From NCBI GenBank assembly GCA_951406725.2, contig OX597822.1, forward strand, positions 13,578,001-13,642,000: a stretch of 64,000 nt of DNA, read 5' to 3'. This DNA comes from Octopus vulgaris (Eukaryota). The notes below the pieces were generated by a model. That model did not search any database, was not told the origin of the DNA, and saw only the letters and a program-made list of their open reading frames with translations. Positions 54,959 through 64,000 of the stretch are shown here, piece after piece. Numbering within the stretch: position 1 is the first letter of the stretch; every line of letters starts with the position of its first letter. Position numbers and translations under genes: made by a program.

Positions 54959-55804
54959 ATGGTCAATGTTATTTGTGAAAGGCGTACTGCAATCAGTAGA
55001 CAACTTGGTAGAGAATTGGGATGCTCTAACAGTACAGCAAACATAATGAGACATATTCTAAAATTTTGCGCTCAAGGTCGTGTGAGTAGACCTCCTTTAT
55101 CTGCCCTAAACATGGAAAAACGTTTGCAGTTTTGTCAGGAACATCCAAATGCTAGACTACACACAGGTTTCTTAGATGAAAAATGGTGGCATACATTTCG
55201 GGATAGCAAGAAGATTTACAGACGGTCAACATCACCACATATTTATGAACACCCACCATGTCATGTTCCTAAAGCTATGCTTAACGCTGTGATTAGCAGA
55301 GACGCGCCTGGTGGAAAAGTTGGGTTTTGGCCAGTTGCTGAACAAAGACAATACGTACGGAACTCTCGATATCATCAACGCGGTGATCCTTACTGGAGAA
55401 ATTTAAGCTGCGATGGTGCTTTTTTCTGCCGCACACTGGATGTTGATATTTTACCAGCCTGTGAAGAACATGGGATCCGCATATTGCAAATGGACAATGC
55501 GAGACCACATATTGTCAACAATTTGGATGCTTCTATTGCCGAAGTAATGGCTCGTCACCCGACAGTGCAACTTTTATTGCAACCGCCTCAAAGCCCGGAT
55601 TTAAATCCATTAGATGAAGGCATTTTCAAAGTTTTGGCCGATAAAGTTGAACTGAAAAACCCTACAACGAGGCATGAATTGCACGAAGCCGTCTTGCAGT
55701 CTTGGGAAGAGCTATCTGAGCGGAAAATTCGTGGATGTATTCAACATCAAATTCGTGTTCGGCGTCAAATAGTTGACTGTCGTGGTGGTAACAGATTCGT
55801 GTAA
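54959..55804 (+). CDS. Tc1/mariner (IS630-superfamily) transposase, DD39D type, uninterrupted ORF of 281 aa, possibly 5'-truncated
   Basis: HTH-like ISRQLGRELGCSNST; FLDEKWW; GKVGFWP...RNSR; LQMDNARPH; QPPQSPDLNPLD; 39 residues counted between the 2nd and 3rd Asp. Confidence 0.9.
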   Translation: MVNVICERRTAISRQLGRELGCSNSTANIMRHILKFCAQGRVSRPPLSALNMEKRLQFCQEHPNARLHTGFLDEKWWHTFRDSKKIYRRSTSPHIYEHPPCHVPKAMLNAVISRDAPGGKVGFWPVAEQRQYVRNSRYHQRGDPYWRNLSCDGAFFCRTLDVDILPACEEHGIRILQMDNARPHIVNNLDASIAEVMARHPTVQLLLQPPQSPDLNPLDEGIFKVLADKVELKNPTTRHELHEAVLQSWEELSERKIRGCIQHQIRVRRQIVDCRGGNRFV

Positions 55805-55862
55805 TAAATTTTGTGTTTATTTCTGTTTCATAATATATATTTTTTCGGGTGCAGCCAGACAT

Positions 55863-56023
55863 TTCTGCTCTGATATGACACGATGTTCAATCGTTATGGA
55901 CACCAAAAGACGAGCGAAACGACTGGTAGAATTATTCACTAAATATTCTTTTAGTTCCACCAGTCGTTTCGCTCGTCTATTGGTGTCCATAACGATTGAA
56001 CATCGTGTCATATCAGAGCAGAA
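55863..56023. repeat. Hairpin, 69-bp arms, 23-nt loop
   Basis: 55863-55931 vs 55955-56023, 2 mismatches. Confidence 0.95.
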
Positions 56024-56425
56024 GTTCGTAGTTATGCTCTCTCGCTTTCATTTTCGCAGAGATATTCACATCAACAAGGCAGCTGGCTTACAAAGACGAT
56101 ACATAGTTTTTCTTGTCTGTCTCAAACAACTGTATTTAGCGTGTTATGTTTGCACTTTCACTGTGTTGATGTTTCAGAAAAAGTAATCAACCAACGAACA
56201 CGCACAATCCATGTACAATTTGTAACTAAAAAAAAAGGGAAAAAAGCCAGCATATGACATGTTTTTGTTATCTACATTCCTGTGATGAAGCTTTATATCT
56301 TTGTTAAAAACCAGATCCTTCTTCAGAGGAAGAATTCCGACAACTAAAAATAGAAGAGAACCTACCTACTTACCTACCTACCTACCTACCTACTTATCTA
56401 CATACACATAATAAATACATACATA

Positions 56426-56426
<1 letters not shown>

Positions 56427-56456
<30 letters not shown>

Positions 56457-56550
56457 CATACATACATACATACATACATTCATACATACATACATACATA
56501 CATACATACATACATACATACATACATACATACATACATACATACATACA
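56427..56550. repeat. (TACA)n microsatellite
   Basis: Direct reading. Confidence 0.95.
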
Positions 56551-56630
56551 TGGACACATATCACGAGTATCTTCAGGTATTCTCTTGATTTCTCCCTGCC
56601 ATTTAAATCGTAGTGTGACTGCCGTACCGT

Positions 56631-57019
56631 CGGGGCCGGCTCAAGGCACCAACAACTCGGGCAGTTGCCCGAGACGCCATCTCCTTTTTAGTCTACATTT
56701 TCAGTTTTTCCCCTTGTGAAAGTTATAAAAAGGAAACTTGAAAGGGCGCCAAAGTTCAGCTTGCCCGGGGTGCCAGCAAACTTAACCCTTTAGCATTTAA
56801 ACCGGCCATATCTGGCCAAAATAGTTAATCTGTTTTCTGTTCAAACTGACCAGATCCAGTCTCTCGTACCTACCTTACAATGTTATTCTACATTAAGTAA
56901 TTGCACCATCAAGATCTTGAAGATATGAGATAATGCATGATTAATTCAAATAAATGGGAATCAATAGGCATTATGTTTGATAGAATAATCTGAACACTAA
57001 AGGGTTAAAGCCGGCTCTG
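56631..57019. mobile_element. hAT-like MITE
   Basis: TIRs cggggccggct / agccggctctg; 8-bp flanks cgtaccgt / cgtactat (6/8). Confidence 0.65.
56786..57004. mobile_element. piggyBac-like MITE nested in the hAT MITE
   Basis: TTAA duplication on both sides, TIRs ccctttag / ctaaaggg. Confidence 0.8.
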
Positions 57020-57067
57020 CGTACTATCTTTGTTTGGCAAATTATGTTAGCACAAGTAAGAGTCTCC

Positions 57068-57488
57068 CTTTACTCTTTACTCTTTTACTTGTTTCAGTCA
57101 TTTGACTGCGGCCATGCTGGAGCACCGCCTTTAGTCGAGCAAATCGACCCCGGGACTTATTCTTTGTAAGCCTAGTACTTATTCTATCGGTCTCTTTTGC
57201 CGAACCGATAAGTGACGGGGACGTAAACACACCAGCATCGGTTGTCAAGCAATGCTAGGGGGACAAACACAGACACACAAACATATACACATACACACAC
57301 ACACATATATATATATACATATATACGACAGGCTTCTTTCAGTTTCCGTCTACCATATCCACTCACAAGGCATTGGTCGGCCCGAGGCTATAGCAGGAGA
57401 CACTTGCTCAGGATGCCACGCAGTGGGACTGAACCCGGAACCATATGGTTGGTAAGAAAGCTACTTACCACACAGCCACTCCTGCGCC
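57068..57488 (-). mobile_element. SINE family B, full length
   Basis: Very similar to 14291-14710. Confidence 0.9.
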
Positions 57489-57848
57489 TTGCAAATATGC
57501 TATTGAAAGTGCACAATTCCCTTTTGATTTTGGGCTCAGTAAGAAGTTAGAGTAGCCATACCAGGACTGTAATAACAGTTGCAAACGTTCTAACAATATC
57601 TTCGGATACAAAGAAGAAAAACAACCTTCTTTTTTCTAAATATGCCACAAAAATCAAAACGATTACTTTTCGTTTCATTCTATATATGTCTCCCAACAAT
57701 CCTCAGGGGGGGCGTTTTCTCCAATATGTACTTTTGTATTCGAACAGATTTTCAAAAGGAAATTTTACTTCTGTAAAAAGAATGTAGAAGTTCTAAAAAA
57801 AGTTAGATGGTTTATTGCTAACCTCGGACATAATCTATGTAAAGTATA

Positions 57849-58245
57849 TCTTTATATATAAAAGAGAGGTTGTGTGCTGTCTGTCTCCTACGATTTAGAT
57901 TCCTAACTACTCCCACATTTTGCGGTGCAGTTTAACCAAAACCGGGTATCTTATAGTCGTGATTCATATCGAGCCCTTCTGGGTATTAGCGCGCGTCTAC
58001 GATGAGTCTACGATTTAAAACAAAAATTACCATCAATTTTTCCCATTTTTAATGCATTTTTGGCATATATAAGGGAAGTAACTCTCTAAAAATTTATTAT
58101 TAAATCTCAGAACGTAAAAAGCTACAGTAACACCCCCCACTTTGTGGTTAGCCATATTGAGATGGCTATTATACTTTACATCTCTAAAAATGCTTATATA
58201 GTTATTTCCCTTACAAACCCGAGCAACGCCGGGCGATACTGCTAG
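57849..58245 (+). mobile_element. Complete non-autonomous Helitron
   Basis: A|TC 5' end (tctttatatataaaa), subterminal hairpin cccg-agcaacgc-cggg, CTAG|T 3' end. Confidence 0.82.
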
Positions 58246-58542
58246 TTTAAACTAAGACTTGACTGAGATTACAGTTTATGCATTTAGAACTGTATTGCTC
58301 TAAATAAACGCGAACACGATAACACGAACGTAGAAGAGTAATTGGGAAAAGGATAATATAGGAGCAGTTAATGTGTCTGTGTGTGTGTGTTAGCTGAGAC
58401 TGGACACATATGACCTTCACTAGGCACGTATTAATTCGTCTAATCGAGACATATACATACATATAAACATATGCACACACGTACATATACATATGCGAGT
58501 GTGCGTGTGTATATGTATGTATATATATGTATGTATGTATAT

Positions 58543-58583
<41 letters not shown>

Positions 58584-58628
58584 TATCCTCATAAGCATAT
58601 ATATATAACTATATAATTGCGTGCGCGC

Positions 58629-58664
<36 letters not shown>

Positions 58665-58967
58665 ACGCGCCTGTGTGTGGTGTGTAATCAGGTGTATAGA
58701 TAAATGAAATACAGACGTTGCAAGAAGTATCTTACGTAAAAATAGAAACCAGAGGGGTGCGGCAAACTGATAATGAGTAACAGAAAAATTCTCGCAACCA
58801 CTCTATTTTATCCTTGCCTCTTTTGCCCTCATGTACTGGGTCACAGGGTACCCACTGATCTTAATTCATTCTGTACGTCTATATTCAGTACATCAGCACC
58901 CACCCGAACATACTAAATTCATTCAAAAACGACCTTACTGTAAATACACTGTCTGCAGTCTAAAAGA

Positions 58968-59224
58968 ACCAGCATCGGTTGTCAAGCAATGCTAGGGGGA
59001 CAAACACAGACACACAAACACATACACACACATACATATATATATATACATATATACGACAGGCTTCTTTCAGTTTCCGTCTACCAAATCCACTCACAAG
59101 GCATTGGTCGGCCCGGGGCTATAGCAGAAGACACTTGCCCAAGATGCTACGAACGCAGTGGGACTGAACCCGGAACCATGTGGCTGGTTAGCAAGCTACT
59201 TACCACACAGCCACTCCTGCGCCT
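58968..59224 (-). mobile_element. SINE family B, 5' half
   Basis: Matches 14460-14710. Confidence 0.88.
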
Positions 59225-59680
59225 AAATAAAAATATAAATAAATAACTATCTCACCACTCCTATATCTTGACCTTCACTATTTTCCTCTGCTACTCTCTA
59301 AATTATAGAAGGCTGAAAGAGATATGCATTATTCTCTGAATTCATTTCGCCACAAATATAACATAAGGAAATAATGTAATTATTTTGGCTTCTAGTACTG
59401 ATATAAATTTGCTATAAATGCTCAAAATGGTTTCTCTTTTATGTTGACCATCTATATAGTCATCTGCTTTTGAGGAAATCGGTTTCTTTCAAATTAATGT
59501 AATGTATTCGTTGATTGATTAAATGGAGCCGCTTGAAACGGCCGTAGTGCATCGATACCTGGACATCCTTGTTACTTATTTGCATTTTGTTCACCCAACT
59601 TAGAGCTTTACGGACTATGCCGAACTGGCTTGGTCCCTCAATTTAAGTATCTAATTCCGCTGAATCTTAATCATATTTCA

Positions 59681-59716
<36 letters not shown>

Positions 59717-60676
59717 TGTATGTATGTATGTATGTATGTGCGTTTGTGTATGTATGTGCGTGTGTGTATCTATGTATGTGTGGTGTGTACATATATATAT
59801 GTCGGGCTGCTTTCCGCTTCCCCCATCTACGAAATCCACAAAGCTTTTGTTAGCGCGCGGCTATAGTATAAGACACATCTCCAAGGTGTCACGGAGTGGG
59901 ACTGAGAACGAAACCTTTTGGTTGGGAGGCAAATTTCTTACTACATACATCAATGTAAAAAATACCAAACTTCCATAAAATATGTACCGGGTTCGACATG
60001 TTGGACTGCATCTATATCGGGGCCTCTTCAGTGTGGTACCCCGGGATGGACGACGCAGTCCAATGACTGAAAGAAGGAAAAAATCAGAGAAATTATAACA
60101 GATATTACACCTGCCTGTCTTAACCAACGGAGTCCGCATTCGATCTTTTCACTGCAGATCTGTGGTTGACAATCTTTTTGAATTCTTGGTTCTCTAGAGA
60201 TCAAAAACAGAAAAAAAAAAGTAATTCCTGCAATTTGTAAAGAATCTTTAATTTTACTGGCGCACTTCTCATGGAAAGTTTTTAAAAAATGCGTTTCTTC
60301 CTTATTATCTCGCGTTTCAAAATGAAACAGTATGAATGAAAAAATATTGTATCAGGTATGTATGTGTACAAATATATATATATAGATAGATCTATATATA
60401 CAACACCTGAATTTTTAATAAGAAATACATTTATTCTATATACACTCATACATACATATATCTATGTGCGTGTGTGTGTGTGTGTGATTATAAGCATGTG
60501 TATATGTGTGTACGACATAATAAGAAAGAAAATGCCCCAGTTAAAACTGTTTTAAAGTGGATTTTTTATGCACCACGATATAATATGAAACAAAATGGAA
60601 GGGGAAAAATACGCACATCTGTACTTATCTAAAATATATTTATACATTCATTCGTATGAATTTTAACGAATAATAC

Positions 60677-60777
<101 letters not shown>

Positions 60778-61644
60778 TGATATATATACATATATAAAAT
60801 TTAAACGTATGTATGTATGCAATTCAGCCACGTTTATTTTTTTCATTCATTGTGTTTCATTTTGAAATATCTACTAATAACGAATATGCGCCAATAAGAA
60901 AAACAAAAACAGAAAAAATATTACGTATAAAAGTCAAAAAACTTAGAAAAAAAATTATTAAAAAATGAACTATTACATAATTTTATTTATCATACTTGTG
61001 TAAAACAAAATTCTAAAGAAACTCATTTTTCAACACACTCAAGCAGCATTAGTCGTATGGAATTATTTTGTAAAGCTTCAAATTGTATTTTTTAAAAGTC
61101 AGTAGCGTACCAAGATAACTCTTGCCGTGCACCGTTTGACAACGACTGTTATAAATATAATATGTCTAAAAATAATGTTATGATAGTCACGGATGAAACG
61201 CTATTGATCAAAGGTGCTACATCGTCAAGTCTGTCCTGGAGCTAAAACAAACAATTCTATCACCATTACAGCCAATGAACTCATGCTAAAAATAACAACC
61301 ACGTCTCCCTTAAATTACATTTCACAATCTTAAAAATTGAAGGAGTTTTCTCCTTAGATTTCTCTTTGAATTTTCTTTATTCTTTATAGTCACAGGTCTG
61401 CGCCCATGCTAGAGCACCCCTTTGAAGTGGTTCATCGGACAAATCACCCACAATACTTATTTTAAAGCCTGTTACTATTTTGCCACTTACTGTTTACCGG
61501 ACTGCTAGCTAATGGAGATGTAAACAAGCCAACACCGGTTGGGAAGCACTGAGAGACAACTACAAAGACACACACACTCACACATTTATACTCAAACATA
61601 TATATGTGTGTGTTTGGGTGTTTGTGTACTTGTATATATGCATA

Positions 61645-61735
<91 letters not shown>

Positions 61736-61902
61736 ATATATATGTGTGTTTGTTTATATATATATTTATATAGCAAAATTTAGGAACGGCCATAATAGGC
61801 CGTTCAACCCACTAGAAATAGCAGCCAAGGCTTCAACCGCAAAAAAAAAAAAAAAGTATTAATTCCGTAAACCAGGAGAAAATTAAAAAAACATTTACCC
61901 TG

Positions 61903-61978
<76 letters not shown>

Positions 61979-61979
61979 A

Positions 61980-62325
61980 TCCTCTGTTTGCACAGGCTTT
62001 GCAGTGACAACCATGACTTTGAGTTTTAGTCTCAACTCATGGCTCACCACTTCATCCTTTGTGGATATCCCCTCACCACTATCCACTCAGCCCTTGCCAG
62101 ATCATGTTCGTGGACAGTGCCTCTGCTCTCTCTCCCCGCTCTCGCCTCGCCGTTGCCCGTCTCTTTTTCCCCTCACCTACCACCCCTTGACCCCGCGAGC
62201 CTTCCGGCAATTCCAGTCCGATCCCTCTACCTCGCACATCTTCCCCAACCTACCCCTTCCATCCTTCAAACGATCCCACAACTTGCGTAACCTCCTGGTC
62301 CACAGTTTCTTCCCTAAGCCACCTC
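61980..62325 (+). pseudogene. Penelope-like element fragment (RT thumb and linker, Neptune-like)
   Basis: LHRLCSD..DF...MAHHFILCGYP; FPLTYHP...FQSDPSTSHIFP..PLPSFKRSHNLRNLLVHS. Confidence 0.82.
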
Positions 62326-62349
62326 CCAAAGTGGATCGTACCGAAAACC

Positions 62350-62815
62350 AAGATAGCAATGCTGATTTCTGTAGAATTGCTGGTCATTAAGTTGTTCTAA
62401 GACCATTTCCCTGTAATGGGTCTTGTTCATTATTACAATGGCTCCTCCTTTATCAACTTTAATGACCATAAATGAGTTGTCTTGTAGACATTGTAATGCT
62501 TTTTGCTCCTCATCTGTAATATTTTGTTTTACAAGGTTTGCTGGAATGTTTGAGCTTGCAGACCTTTTCAGGCAAATTATATATTCTTCCATGTGTTTGT
62601 TTCTCTTTATTGAACGTTTAAAACTAGTTTTGTTCTTCACAAGCCATGGATCATCGTTGTGAATGTTTTGATAGGCGAGGTTTTCTGTAAAATTCCTCGG
62701 TATCTTTTATAAGGTCTGTTTTGTTGGATTTAGAAGCTGATGTAAATGTTAGACCATATTGTAGAATTTTTATTTCACGTTCCATAAGATTCCGTTGTGA
62801 GAGGTTTTCACTATT
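62350..62815 (-). pseudogene. Penelope-like element fragment (RT N-terminal region)
   Basis: NLSQRNL..REIKILQYGLTF; NITDEEQKALQCLQDNSFMVIKVDKGGAIVIMNKTHYREMVLEQLNDQQFY (PLE DKG motif). Confidence 0.88.
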
Positions 62816-63336
62816 TTGGGGTCGGTTTGTTCAGCATTTTCTCGACTCTTTGTATCATTAATCTTTTCTTTCGTTTTTGTCTAAAGATCTTGTTCCCTAA
62901 AATAATGGAGCGAGCCATTGGTACCATGTCTCTCAGTCATTCCATTATCTCGGAAGGGTTTGCCTGATGGTTATACCATCTATCTTGGTATTTTCGTCTG
63001 TTTGTGGGATTGTTATGTTTAAGAAGTTTGTTTTCGCTTGTTCGTGTGTATTCTTTCTTTTTATTGGTGTGGTTTTCTCGTTTGTTTTTCCAATATTCAC
63101 GTCAGCAATTTTTGATTGCTGGGTTAGGGTTTTTGAAATGAAAAAGTAGGAGTTGTCACCATTTGATTAATTTTCGATCTGGTGAGGAAATTCGTATGGA
63201 CGGAGTTACGTTTCTTCATGCTGTTGTTACTGTTGTTGTTATTGGAAACAGAGTTTGTCTCTTTATGAATCTGGGTTTTATAATTCTGTTCTGTAATTGT
63301 GTACGTAGTTTTGCAGCCATCGAGTTTATATATATA

Positions 63337-64000
63337 CTAGCATTAAAGACCCGTCGTTGCCGGGTCATAGTGCTAGTGCATGTATATATGTGTATATTTA
63401 TGTGTACATATTACATGTACATCTATATATATATACATCTACACATAAAATGCAAAATACAAAGTCATATCTTGATATCGCTAGTGATAACAATATTCAA
63501 AATATATAACAGACTGGAATTGTTAGCTCTTCTTTTTTCTCTACATTGTATACTTTATAGACAATAGTATTTTCTTTAATTTAATTTTTTATTATCCATC
63601 TGGACTATTCCATTTCTGCACGCTAATTATATTTTTAATTTATTCCCATTCATGTGAAACCACTTATTCTAGTTCAAGTCAAGATGCAATTTTATACTAA
63701 TTGCTATTTTTACTTTTGTTATGTTACGATTATATTATACTTTAGTTTGATTTTAATTATTACTTACTACATATAATTCAATTGTTATTATTATTTTTAT
63801 TGTTAAATTGAAAGCATCTGACATAAAATAGAGAAATATTTTTGTTTCACTTTTAACACGTAATACTGAAATAGTGGAGAAGATATGATATTGCTATGGG
63901 CTCGCTCTAGGCAAGAAGTTGAACATTTTTTATGCCCATGAAACTACATGGACGCTAAGTAAGGCATGTGTAAAATTTGAATGAAATTGGTTGTGCAGTT
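63337..64000 (-). mobile_element. Helitron-like element, 3' end; runs off the window
   Basis: Minus strand hairpin gacccg-gcaacga-cgggtc then CTAG|T. Confidence 0.7.

Noticed and set aside
55805-56230. Hairpin as a Fanzor/TnpB omega-RNA
   Set aside because: No RuvC or Zn-ribbon nuclease ORF nearby; the only protein is a DDD transposase; the overlapping 137-aa and 64-aa ORFs just mirror the palindrome
60110-60195. Possible minus-strand exon EPRIQKDCQPQICSEKIECGLRWLRQA
   Set aside because: Weak donor site and no recognisable homology

Overview
AT-rich, microsatellite-saturated eukaryotic non-coding DNA. The SINE families look like those of Octopus/coleoid cephalopods (recognised from memory, not searched). 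Nearly all ORFs in the supplied track are translations of simple repeats. The real content is: (i) two abundant tRNA-derived SINE families plus rarer ones; (ii) decayed LINE fragments (RTE, CR1/L2, and a Dong/R4 piece sitting in TAA repeats); (iii) Penelope-like element (PLE) RT fragments; (iv) Helitron, Tigger, Tc1, hAT and piggyBac-type non-autonomous elements and mariner relics; (v) one uninterrupted DD39D (plant-type mariner) transposase ORF followed by a 69-bp-arm hairpin. The most striking unexplained signal is about ten minimal type-I hammerhead ribozyme motifs in at least five unrelated short repeat families, several linked to inverted duplications. One copy lies directly downstream of a tRNA-like Pol III head and an (AAT)n spacer, suggesting SINE-like non-autonomous elements mobilised by PLE machinery. 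No host gene is confidently identified; one weak two-exon candidate lies at about 10.1-10.35 kb. Repeat boundaries are approximate, and all structures were paired by eye.
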